From Octopus sinensis (lineage: Eukaryota), in contig NC_043004.1 in the NCBI RefSeq assembly GCF_006345805.1, positions 58,032,001 through 58,096,000 of the forward strand: a DNA stretch of 64,000 bases, given 5' to 3'. A program made the translations under genes and the position numbers. Below the pieces are notes generated by a model. It had not been told where the DNA came from. It saw nothing but the letters and a program-made list of their open reading frames with translations, and did not search any database. Shown here piece by piece: positions 11,384 to 23,729 of this stretch. Each line of letters begins with the position of its first letter. Position 1 is the first letter of the stretch.

Positions 11384-11682
11384 TCTTTATATATAAAAGT
11401 GAAGTTGTGTGTCTGTCTCCTACGATTTAGATTCCTAACTACTCCCACATTTTGCGGTGCAGTTTAACCAAAACCGGGTATCTTATAGTCGTGATTCATA
11501 TCGAGCCCTTCTGGGTATTAGTGCGCATCTACAATGAGTCTACGATTTCAAAAAAAATTTACCATCAATTTTCCCCATTTTTAATGCATTTTTTTGCTAT
11601 TATATAAGGGAAGTAACTCTCTAAAAATGCTTATATAGTTATTTCCCTTACAAACCCGAGCAACGCCGGGTGATACTGCTAG
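11384..11682 (+). mobile_element. Non-autonomous Helitron
   Basis: 5' TC preceded by A, 3' CTAG followed by T, subterminal hairpin CCCG-AGCAACGC-CGGG (11655-11670), no TSD; other copies at 45314 and 61456. Confidence 0.85.
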
Positions 11683-12083
11683 TTATACATAAGAACAGAC
11701 ATGATTATGGAATAAAGAAGTTCGCTTTATAAACAAGCAGTTTCAGATTCAATCACACTGTGTCACACCTGGGGCAAATGTCTTCTATTGTAGCCCAAGG
11801 CCAACCAACACCACCAATGCCCTGTAAGTGAATTTAGTCAACAAAAGCTGTTGAATATAAACACAACACATATGCACACACACATATATATTAATATATG
11901 TATATATGTACGTGCATATGTATGTGCGTGTGTGTATGTACATATATCATCATCATCATTTAACGTCCATTTCCGATTCTGGCATGGGTGGGACTTTTCG
12001 ACAGGTGCTGGCTAGGCAGGAGATGGAGTCAGGCTTCACTGTCTGTTTTGGCATTTGTATAAATATATGTAAATTTACATATA

Positions 12084-12436
12084 TACTCTTTTACTCTTTT
12101 ACTTGTTTCAGTCATTTGACTGCGGCCATGCTGGAGCACCGCCTTTAGTCGAGCAAATCGACCCCGGGACTTATTCTTTGTAAGCCCAGTACTTATTCTA
12201 TTGGTCTCTTTTTGCCGAACTGCTAAGTGACAGGGACGTAAACACACCAGCATCGGTTGTCAAGCAATGCTAGGGGGACAAACACAGACACACAAACATA
12301 TACACACACATATATATATATATATATACATATATATGATGGGCTTCTTTCAGTTTCCGTCTACCAAATCCACTCACAAGGCATTGGTCGGCCCGGGGCT
12401 ATAGCAGAAGACACTTGCCCAAGATGTCATGCAGTA
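12084..12436 (-). mobile_element. SINE family B, 5'-truncated
   Basis: Reverse-complement match to family B. Confidence 0.9.
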
Positions 12437-12674
12437 TACAAACAGAGATGACCTGATCTGAGATCGTGTGCTGGAACGAAAGCAATTGCAGCATGGAAGG
12501 TGTTTATAAGCCATTTAAGAAACACACAAAAACTGTTAGATTCACTTCAACATTTAAATTTAATTTGCCAAAATATTTTAGTCGCCTTGAGACTGTGACC
12601 TGTTCACTGAGAAAATTCTGTGCTGCATATATATGTGTGTGTGTGATTGTATATGTATACATATATACATATAT

Positions 12675-12905
12675 GGGGAGGCATATGACTCAACGGCTAA
12701 ATTGTCGCACTCATGATCATAAGGTTCCTGGACAGGGCCTTGCATTGTATTCATGGGGCAAACACTTTGTCTCATGTTACTCCAGTTCACTCAGCCAACA
12801 AAAATGAGTAATCCTACAATGGACTGACAACCCATCTACGAGGGGAATATATATGCCACAGAATCTTGGAAACTGGCCTTATGAACATGTGGATCAGGAA
12901 GGACA
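12675..12905 (+). mobile_element. Old tRNA/CORE-type SINE
   Basis: GGAGGCATATGACTCAA head and GCAAACACTTT..CATGTTACTCCAGTTCACTCAGC..AAATGAG core shared with 14835-15187. Confidence 0.6.
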
Positions 12906-12933
12906 TCCGATCCATTTTTTGTACATATATATA

Positions 12934-13987
12934 TCATCATCAGCATTGTTTAACGTCCGCTTTCCATGCCAGCATGGGTTGAACAATTTGAGTCAGGACT
13001 GGCAAACCAGACGGCTGCACCAGGTTCCAATTTGATCTGGCAGAGTTTCTACAGCTGGATGCCCTTCCTAACACCAACCACTCTGAGAGTGTAGTGGGTG
13101 CTTTTACGTGCCTCTGGCACAAGGACCAGTCATGTGGTACTGGCGATGGCCACACTCAAATGGTGTTTTTTACGTGCCACCTGCACAGGAGCCAGTCCAG
13201 TGGCACTGGCAATGACCTCACTCAAATGTTTTTTTTCACATGCCACCAGCACAAGTGCCAGTAAGGCGACGCTAGTTACGATCACACTCAAATGGTGCAT
13301 TTTATGTGTCACTGGTATGGAAGCCAGTTAGCTGTTCTGGCAATGACCACACTTGGATAGTGCTCTTAGCGCTCCACTAGCATGGATGCCAGTCATCGAA
13401 TTTGATTTCAATTTCAATTTCACTTGCCTCAACAGGTCTTTGCAAACAGAGTTCAGTGTCCAATGAAGGAAAGGTATGCATAAGTGAGCTGGTTACACCC
13501 CTGGCATAGGCCATGAGTTTATGGTCTGACTTGGCTTGCCGGATCTTCTCAAGCACAGTACATTTCCAAAAGTCTCGGTCACTAGTCATTTCCTCAGTGC
13601 GGCCTAATGTTCGAAGGTCATGCTTCACCACCTCATCCCAGGTGTTCCTGGGTCTACCTCTTCCACAAGTTCCCTCAACTGCTAGGGTGTGGCAGTTTTT
13701 CACACAGCTATCCTCATCCATTCTCGCCACATGACCATACCAGCACAGTCGTCTCTCTTGCACACCACATCTGATGCTTCTTAGGTCCATCTTTTCTCTC
13801 AAGGTACTTACATACTGTCAAGTATGCACACTGACATTACACATCCATCAGAGCATACTGGCTTCATTCCTTGTGAGCTTACACATGTCCTCAGCAGTCA
13901 CGGCCCGTGTTTAACTGCCATGTAGCATGGCTGTTTGTACACATGTGTCATACAGTCTACCGTTTACTCAGAGCGAGAGGCCCTTTG
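12934..13987 (-). mobile_element. RTE-clade LINE, 5'-truncated (ORF C-terminus, 3'UTR, (GAT)n tail)
   Basis: Translation [22 protein letters not shown]...RRLCWYGHVARMDE...GRGRPRNTWDEVVKHDL is the characteristic RTE C-terminus, with in-frame stops; ends GGACGTTAAAC..GATGATGAT. Confidence 0.92.
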
Positions 13988-13991
13988 TATG

Positions 13992-14027
<36 letters not shown>

Positions 14028-14406
14028 ATATGTATATATACAATTACACACACATATATATACATACATACAAATATATATACATATGTATATGTATGCA
14101 TACATATATACATATATATATATATATTATATATATATATATATATATCACAGGATCATGGGACTGACCAGACTATCAGATGTTGTTACAATGGTCACTA
14201 TGTACTTTGCATTATTTTAGCCATCAAATGACACCACCCTGCTGGTTAGGCAAGCAGGCCAACACACCCACTTGATCAAAGAGGTACTGAAGCAACATAA
14301 AAATGAAGTGTTTTGCTCCTGAACACAACTTGCAGCCCAATCTGGGAATCGAATCCACGGTCCAACCGTCATGCATGTGCAACAACCTAACCACTAGGGC
14401 ATGCAC

Positions 14407-14444
<38 letters not shown>

Positions 14445-14460
14445 CTGGTATTTGTATATA

Positions 14461-14815
14461 CATCATCAGCATCTTCATTTAATGTCCGTTGTCCATGCTA
14501 GCACGGGCTGGACAGTTTCACTGGGCTGGCACACTGGAAGACTGCACCAGACTCCAGTCTAATTTGGCATGGTTTTCTACGGCTGAATGTCCTTCATAAT
14601 GCCAACCACTCTGAGAGTGCAATGAGTGCTTTTCCATACCACCGGCACAGGTGCCATTTGTGTGACACCAGGGTTCGTTTACATGCCACTAGCACGAGTG
14701 CCAATTTGCACCACACCGTTATCTGCCATGACTGCGATTTTGCTCAGCTTGATGTCTGTTCTTCTTAAGCATGACATAATGCCAAAGATCTTCATCATTG
14801 CCTCCGTGAGTCCCA
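14461..14815 (-). mobile_element. Old RTE 3' end fragment
   Basis: Tail and 3'UTR similar to 12934-13100. Confidence 0.7.
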
Positions 14816-14834
14816 CACACATACATTGGTGATT

Positions 14835-15187
14835 GGTGACCGCCTTCGGTCAGACACTGACAATGGGTTTGCACCTAGAGAGTTACCCTCTGAGGCACAA
14901 ATCTGGGCAAGGTTTTTTTCTTTTTTTTTTTTTATGGAAGACCAGCAGTCGCCCATGCATACTGGCCTCCCCTCTCCATGTCACCGATGTTGTCCAAGGG
15001 AAAGGCAAGGGCCGATACAGCTTGGCACCTGTGATGTCCCAACTCATTTCTACAGCTGAGTGAACTGGAGCAACGTGAAATAAAGTGTCTTGCTCAAGAA
15101 CACAACACACAGCCCGGTCCAGGATTCGAGCTCACAACCTCACGATCGTAAGCTCGATGCTCTAACCACTGAGCCACGCGCCTTCAC
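14835..15187 (-). mobile_element. tRNA-derived CORE-type SINE
   Basis: Head GGCGCGTGGCTCAGTGGTTAGAGC (A box), GAGCTCGAATCC (B box), CORE-like GTGTTCTTGAGCAAGACACTTTA..CACTCAGCTGTAGAAATGAG. Confidence 0.8.
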
Positions 15188-15566
15188 ATACAAACACATA
15201 TATATCTATAGACATACGGATATGATGGGCTTCTTCTCAGTTTCCATCTACAAAGTTCTCAGAAAGCATTGGACGAGCTGAGGCTACATTAGAAAGCACG
15301 GTGAAAAACACAGTGGGAAACACTTGTTTAAAATGACAAGCATTAGGATCAAAACCTAGAAACACACAGTGGTGAAGTCAACATATCAACCACATGGCTA
15401 TGCATGTGCCTCTGATAATGTTACTACTATGACAACTCAATGCTGCAGCTACAAGAATTGGTGCTGCTAACACTGGAATATAACTAGTAAAACATCCTCT
15501 GCCTTGGATAACAGAACTGATTCTGGTGGAATATTATAAATGCATAACGATTCACATACATCGGTT

Positions 15567-15729
15567 ACTACTGCTGCTGCTACTGCTGCTACTGTTGCTA
15601 CTTCTGTTACTACTACTACTACTACAACTACTACTATTACTACTGCTACTGCTGCCACTGCTGTTGCTGCTGCTGCTACTACTACTACTGGTGCTGCTCC
15701 TGCTGCTACAACTACTACTACTACTACTG

Positions 15730-15765
<36 letters not shown>

Positions 15766-15903
15766 TTACTACTGCTACTACTACTACTACTACCACCACC
15801 ACCAACAACACTACTAATACTACTACTACTACTACTGCAACTACTATTACTACAGCTACAACTACTACTGCTGCTGCTGCTGTTGCTATTGTCTTTGCTG
15901 CTG

Positions 15904-15969
<66 letters not shown>

Positions 15970-15990
15970 TACTACTGGTGTCATTATTAT
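15567..15990. repeat. Compound (CTA)/(CTG) trinucleotide tract
   Basis: Direct reading; accounts for the poly-T, poly-L and poly-V ORFs. Confidence 0.95.
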
Positions 15991-16319
15991 TGCAGATATT
16001 CAAATGTAAAATGTTAATCACGGTCTCTTTCTGTAACAGAGTGTTACAATTCATTTAACCTAATATGTCAAGGATTTCCATTCACTTGACAACAGACCAG
16101 TTCTCATGTATATATTTAAAGTATATATTTAAAGTGGTTACCCTCAATATGTAACTGGTATTGGTGTACAGTTGTTACTTACACTGCTCAGAGTTGTCTG
16201 GCAGAGTCTGTTATTATATTCCTGAACACTTTCTAAATTCCTATGACAGACAGATAGATAGATAGATAGAGATATACATACATACATATATATATATGTA
16301 TATTATATATATGTATATA

Positions 16320-16361
<42 letters not shown>

Positions 16362-16364
16362 ATA

Positions 16365-16415
<51 letters not shown>

Positions 16416-16474
16416 TAGATATATATATATAAATATTATAAGCATGTCTTATATTGATATATATAGATATATAT

Positions 16475-16511
<37 letters not shown>

Positions 16512-16744
16512 CTATGTATAAATATTATAAGCATGTCTATATATGATATGTATATATATACATATATATATACATACATACATGCATATATATATATATA
16601 TATGTATGTATATGTATATATATATATATTACATGCAAGAATGAATTCTAAAACTTCATATATAATACACAAATTTGTCACCAAAATTGCTCAATAATAT
16701 AAAACCTTATTACCTTTCAATTATATATATATATGGAGATAAAT

Positions 16745-17420
16745 ATGAACAACACCTTGTTTCACATGTATATCACTAATATGGTGGCAATGTGCAAGCA
16801 AATAGCCAGATAGATTCTAAAAACTTTCAGAAGAAAGGGTCAGGAAACTATGCTGGTTCTATAGAGGACATTTGTCCTCTTGCCATCCGGACTACTACTC
16901 TCAACTGTTGTCACCCCACAGTGTCAAATTAGTGGAACTGGGAGAAGTTTGGCAGTGCTACACCTGGCAGATTGCATCAATGGAACAGCTGAGCTACTGG
17001 GAAAGACTGAAAGAGCTATGACTCTACTCCCTAGAGTGAAGATGGGAGAGATATGCAGTGATATACCTATGGAAGATTCTCGAGGGGTTGGCACCAAGCT
17101 AATATCAAGAGCAACACCAGCTCCTGAAATGGACATCACTGTACTGTTCCCAATTCTTAGCAATACTTTCTAAAGCGAGAACCATGTACTGCAATAGCTT
17201 GGTGATTCATGGGGCCACGGCTATTTAATACCTTGCTGAAGCATCTCAGATAGGTATATGGAGTAGGGTGGATATATACAATATACAGACATCTGTATAT
17301 GTAAGTATATTTTATATATCTAGCCAAAACAGTTTTATTTATCTGCATCTTTATCTTCATACCTGCTAACCTGGATTCCTCTTATAGCTACACTTTAACC
17401 TGCAAACTTAGACCTCAGTA
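16745..17420 (+). mobile_element. Degenerate CR1-group LINE ORF2 fragment
   Basis: Translation DYYSQLLSP...LSYWERLKEL*LYSLE*RWERYAVIYLWKILEGLAP...GPRLFNTL, with stops and frameshifts. Confidence 0.8.
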
Positions 17421-17510
17421 AATATTTTGAGGTGTAAGTTCAAATCTAAGTGATTTCTATATTGAGCATCTCTGGTTTTCACCTGTTGACTATGAATATA
17501 TTATCATTAG

Positions 17511-17780
17511 CATCATCATCGATTAACGTCTGTTTTCCATGCTGGCATGGGTTGCATGGTTTGACTGAGGTCTGGAGAGCCAGCAGCTGCACTAGGCTCC
17601 AACTGGTCTGGCAGAGTTTCTACAGCTGGATGCCCTTCCTAATGCCAACCACTCCGAGAGCAGTGGGTGATTTCTACATGCCAATGGCACAAGAGCCAGT
17701 TAGGCGGGCCTGGCAGCGATCACGTTTGGATGGTGCTTTTTACGTGCTACCAGCACAGGAGTCAGTTATTGGGTACTGGT
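17511..17780 (-). mobile_element. RTE 3'UTR fragment
   Basis: Matches 12940-13200. Confidence 0.8.
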
Positions 17781-18171
17781 GTTGATATATATATATACAC
17801 ACACACATATATATATATATATACATATATTATATATCTATGTGTATATGTATGTGTGTGTCTGTGTGTGTATATATATATATATATATTTATATATATG
17901 TATATATATATGTATATTGTGTCTGGGGAGAGTCATTCTCTTTCAGTGCCTTATTACTTAATATACTCACTGATTTGATTTCCACTCATTTATTATTATT
18001 TTTTTCTAAAATTGTAGAATGACTAAAAGAGAATGACTCTCCCCAGACACAATAAAATATGCTTCAATGCACAAATTCACATAAAGAATCTTGCAAACCA
18101 AATACAAAAATTATATATATATATATATAATATATATATATTATATATATATATATATTCTTTAATTATTT

Positions 18172-18505
18172 AAATTGTTTCAGCTTTAAAGTTGTGGTCA
18201 TGTTGAGGCACCACCATTGGCTGTGCTACACCATTATTTGAAACCTCCTCTCATATGTGGTATTTGGTGAACGAGGGAGTTTGATGCTGCTGTCCTTATC
18301 TGTGTTTCCTGACATGTGGTAGACCCATCTGGAACCCTTGACAGGAGAAGATCCAGTTTTGTTTTGAAGACACCTACATTCACTCAATGCAGGTCTCTCA
18401 GGCATTTTGGAAGGATATTGAAGTTCTGTGGGCCCATGCAACCCAAGTTGTTGCAGTGTCTGGTCCTGTATTTTGATAGTGATGCTGGGATCTATGGCAC
18501 TATAC
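18172..18505 (-). mobile_element. CR1-group LINE extreme 3' end with stem-loop tail
   Basis: Translation GPQNFNILPKCLRDL..VGVFKTKLDLLLSRVPD...RTAASNSL, then GGTGCCTCAACATGACCACAACTTTAAAGCTGAAAC. Confidence 0.78.
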
Positions 18506-18808
18506 ATACACATATGTATATCATGTATTATATATCAAATGGTTAATATAATGCAAAATGCAATACTATATGCATGCATACATGCATAACTACATATACA
18601 CATATCTCTGGTACTATGATGGCTAAGCTGTCAGAATGTTAGCTATAATATTGAATCTGTTCGGGAGGTCTTGATGCCATTGTCTGAATATCTTAGTAGA
18701 TCAGCTGACAGTGGAAATTGCATTGGGAAGGAAAATGATCAGTATGTATGTGTTTAAGTCTGTATGTATGTGTGTATGTATGCATATATGTATGTACGTA
18801 TGCATGTT

Positions 18809-18838
<30 letters not shown>

Positions 18839-18840
<2 letters not shown>

Positions 18841-19084
18841 GCCGGTGGCACGTTAAAAGCTCCAACCGATCGTGGCCGATGCCGGACCCCCCTGGCACCT
18901 GTGCAGGTGGCACATAAAGAGCACCCACTACACTCGCGGAGTGGTTGGCGTTAGGAAGGGCATCCAGCTGTAGAAACTCTGCCAGATCAGACTGGAGCCT
19001 GGTGCAGCCCCTGGCTTCCCAGACCCCAGTCGAACCGTCCAACCCGTGCTAGCGCGGAAAACGGACGTTAAACGATGATGATGA
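18839..19084 (+). mobile_element. Young RTE 3'UTR fragment
   Basis: GGTTGGCGTTAGGAAGGGCATCCAGCTGTAGAAACTCTGCC...CGGACGTTAAACGATGATGATG; CpGs retained. Confidence 0.85.
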
Positions 19085-19309
19085 TATACATACATATATA
19101 TATACACACACATATATATATACATATACACACACACACAAAAAAAAATTAAGAGGAATGACCACTTTAGTGGCCATTCCTCTTAATTTTGTATGTAATA
19201 TAATTTTTAATCTTCGGATTTTTTAAATATGCTAACCCACTGGTTTTAATTGATTAATATCAATTTCTACCCTCATCATTTATATATATATATATATATA
19301 TATTCATAC

Positions 19310-19512
19310 ATTCGTCATGCTGGACCCCTGAAATCTACTAGTTTTTTTTTTTTTTCATTCTCTCTCTGTTTATTTTCTCTTATACCTTTCTGCTGAAGAG
19401 CGTAGGCTTGAAACATAAAAGACATTTTCATTTTCCTGAGCGTCAAACTAATGCTCTTTCTTGTTGTTCGTACACCAGCCTTTGTCTTTTGCTTTTCTAT
19501 AAATTTCAACTA
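19310..19512 (+). mobile_element. Probable Penelope-like terminal repeat with hammerhead-like core
   Basis: CTGAAGA-GCGTAGGCTT-GAAAC at 19393-19414, lying between microsatellites. Confidence 0.45.
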
Positions 19513-20199
19513 TAAATGTGTGTGTGTGTAAATGTATATATACGTACATATATTACTGAAAGCATATTCAATATACACGCACATACAGACACACACGCAC
19601 ACAAGGTACTGAAAAATTTGTATGTTATATAAGACTTAAAATACAAACATGCTCTTTCAATTTTATTAATACAGTAAATATACGCGCGTGTGTGCGTGTG
19701 TGTGTGTTTCGTAATATTTAACACTGAGTGGTAATATAGAAAAACTAGAGAGGATTCATCGCAAGTCTAGAGTGAATAAGTGTATTAATACAGTATAATT
19801 GCGTTAGTTGATCGTCCATTACCGAACGGTTCTGCATTTGAAATTTTTTTTTATGACCTTGTTGTCATCCTTATAAATTATGAAATCGTATGTCATGCGC
19901 ACAGACCTATAAGAATGATAACACTTGAATATTTCGAAAGTGGCACCCTTCATTGTATTTAGCGTATGAAATCATATTCAATTTGGATGTAAGGGAAGTA
20001 ACTCAGTTGACTGAAACAATCTAAAGGAAAATTTTAACTTCTCGGTTTGATGAGAAAATCAAGAACCGTAAATTAAAGTAGACATCACGAAAATAAAGTA
20101 TTGAATATATATGTATAAATATAATATATATCCTAATAGTTATTCAATAGATTTTTGGAACGTCGACAAAAGATTGGAGAAACGTCCGTAGAGTCAAAA

Positions 20200-20800
20200 A
20201 CCTTGTGAGCTGATATTCACGTATTCTTTGGAAGCTTTCGCAAATTGTAGTATATAACAGCTTTCTGATCAGTACATGCAACGCATCATTTTGTTTTGAT
20301 GATGTATGGCTCGTTTCTCTTCTCTCTGATTCTCCACTTAGCCATGTAATCTGGTTGTTCTCTGAGTTGCCAGATGTATTTCGACAAAGTAGTAGAGATC
20401 ATTTTGTTTTTATCTCTAAAGAGCCGTATGGAAGTGCTATGGGTTACAATATCTTTTCCCTTTTTTGTTTTCAAAATTTATTCGGATATTCTTTTATTTT
20501 TTTCGTGTTCGTTGTTTTGTTGTTGATTTTGGGACTGATTTTCGATTCGTATGAAATCGCTTTTTGTGTTGCAGGCGTGGTTTAGCTTGCATGTGGGTTT
20601 ATTCTTGTGAGTGCACTTATCAACGATTAGAATTTTTGGCTGGCTAAAATCTTTTTAATGTTCTAGGTGTTACTATATGTCACTTTCAAGAAGTTTCTAT
20701 CGGAGATAATTTTATAACACTTGTTGTTTAGGAAGTGTTTGCCTATCGGTCTTAGGAATCTTTTCTTTTATATTGATTTTCACATTTAAACACAAAGAAA
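20200..20800 (-). mobile_element. Penelope-like element relic (RT-EN linker and GIY-YIG C-terminal part)
   Basis: Translations FLRPIGKHFLNNKCYKIISDRNFLKVTYSNT*NIKKI and STTLSKYIWQLREQPDYMAKWRI match the recalled PLE motifs FL.LIDKHFP..KIFNRN.VKVSYS and T.LSKYIW.LK...Y.I.W.I. Confidence 0.75.
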
Positions 20801-20959
20801 CAGTGAATCAGATAATTTTATAAAGAATAGGAATTAGAGTTATGTTTTCACATTTGCATTGGGCTTCTTTTCCTTTGAAAGTATAATTAACACAAAAAGA
20901 AAACCATGACATAATCTAGTTACCCAAGTTGTAATGAGGGCCATTAAGGTTCGATTCTT

Positions 20960-20990
<31 letters not shown>

Positions 20991-21490
20991 TATATATATA
21001 CTTTATTTAAAGCAGCAGAAAATTTTGTTGAATTTTCTGCTGCTTTAAATAAAGCATATTACTCTACCACTGGTATTTGAGTACTCTTTTTTCCACCTTG
21101 TTTCACATTTTTGTGTTTACTACTCCGGTATAATATATATATATATATATATATAATATATATATAAATAGTAAAAGAATCTTCCTGTACATTTCATTTT
21201 GAAAGAAACTTAAAAGTACACTTCTTAAACATTTTAGCTATTTTATCAAATTTTAATTAAAACATCAAGTGTAACCCCTCATCTATTTCCTACGCTTACA
21301 TGTTTAATCTTTTCGACATGACATGCGATATTGGCAAAATATTATAAGGGTGAATGGAGGAAAGGTTGTAGGGTACGAAACGAGCATCACTTTAGGGCAC
21401 TGGATTTACAAAAACGTACGGGAATGGGTGAATGTTATGTATGCATGCATGCATGCATGTATATATGTATGTGGCATGTAAGTATGTATT

Positions 21491-21536
<46 letters not shown>

Positions 21537-21568
21537 AATCTTCTTCTGTATATGTATATACCATATAT

Positions 21569-21643
<75 letters not shown>

Positions 21644-21903
21644 AATAATGAGAATAGATACTTGTACACATATGTTCACATATACACCTCACACGCAAAC
21701 GCACGCACAAACACATATCGATATTTATATTCACATGCACATTTGTACATTCATACATACACACATACATACATACATGCATACACACATACATGCATAC
21801 ACACATACATGCATACACACATACATACATACACACACACATACATACATACACACAAACATACAATACATACATACATACATACATACAATACATACAT
21901 ACA

Positions 21904-21937
<34 letters not shown>

Positions 21938-22597
21938 CATACATGCAAAGATGCATACATATAGATGCATCTATATCTGTGTGTATGTGTGAGAGAGAGA
22001 GAGAGACAGAGAGAGAGACAGAAGAACGCAACCAATATTTCTTCACATTATTGCAGCATCTGCTTTCACTTGTGATGCAGTATATTCCTTTATAGCAGCT
22101 GCTAATTATTTGAGTGTATACTCTCGTACATGTATGTACATGCGTTCGTCATTTACACAATAAAGAAATGCGATGCTTCCCAATACAACACTGACATAGA
22201 GTGTATAAAAAATAAAAAAAATACATCGTTCTATGCTTAAACACTGTTTCACTTCTGTTCTTCTGTGATAGGTTGCACAATTTTCCCTATAGATTGGCAG
22301 ATGTTCCAAGCCTTAGATTTGAAATTTTTGTAATTGTTATCTATTTAAGTATGCATGTAAGTGTGTATGTGTGAATGAATGTGTGTAAGCGTACGTGTTT
22401 ATATGTGTTTTGTGTATGATTGTACGGGTACGTATATTTATGCGATATATATGTATTTACATTGACAATATATATATCTATATATATATATATATATTAT
22501 TATAGATATATATATTATATATATATATATACATATATGTGTGTATGTTGTGTGTGTGAGTGTGGAGGGTGTCGGTGTTTTTGTGGGGGAAATGTAC

Positions 22598-22628
<31 letters not shown>

Positions 22629-22833
22629 ATGTATTTAGATATATATATAGATATAATATATATAATATGTGTGTGTGTGTATGTGTGTATGTGTGTATGT
22701 GTTTGTGTAGTGAGAGATTATTGCGTAGAGAAGTATACAGTGTACTTCTAGGGTATACTTTTTATCGATTACGTTATATGCATACTTACTTGCATGCATA
22801 CATTATACATACATATAGGTGTGTATATATATA

Positions 22834-22866
<33 letters not shown>

Positions 22867-22899
22867 CACCCACACATACACACGCGCATATATATATAT

Positions 22900-22954
<55 letters not shown>

Positions 22955-22970
22955 TATATATAATATATAT

Positions 22971-23002
<32 letters not shown>

Positions 23003-23169
23003 TACACGTCCATATAGCACGTAACTAGCTTTGTTGATTTAGATATATCTAATACATTCCCTCGATAAACATTTCTGGTGGTGTGTGTATATGTGTATAT
23101 ACATACATACACATATACATGTATAATATGTATATATTATATTGTAATATATATATATTATATCTATAG

Positions 23170-23209
<40 letters not shown>

Positions 23210-23685
23210 AGATATTATATATATATATGACCTCTGAAACTTATATCGGGGAATGTATTAGATATATCTAATATACAGAGAGAGAGAGATAGAGAGAGAC
23301 AGAGAGACAGAGAGGAAGAAAGAAAGAATAGGAGAGACAGAGAGTAAACAAATACATACATACATACATACATACACAGAGGTTAATATTTTTTTTACTG
23401 CATGTGGAGGATACGTATTTCACTTTTTTTAATGCAACTGTGTTATAGTATAATATATAGCATGGGTGTTTGTGTATATGCTTGCATGTGAATCTGCACA
23501 TGCGTGTATATGTGTGTATGTATGCATAATTGCTTTAGTGTAGATTTCATGTAGTCCGAAAGGCTCATATCTGAAAAGATTTCTCTCTATATGCAGCTGT
23601 ATGTGAGTCTATATGTGTATACACACGTTTCTTTCCATAATGGATACTTTATCTATCTATCTATCTATCTATCTATTCTATCTAG

Positions 23686-23729
<44 letters not shown>

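Noticed and set aside
13090-13395. CRISPR-like 66-bp periodicity
   Set aside because: The units are homologous throughout and lie in an RTE 3'UTR.
15467-16058. Mucin-like or poly-Leu/Val ORFs
   Set aside because: Translations of a (CTA)/(CTG) microsatellite.
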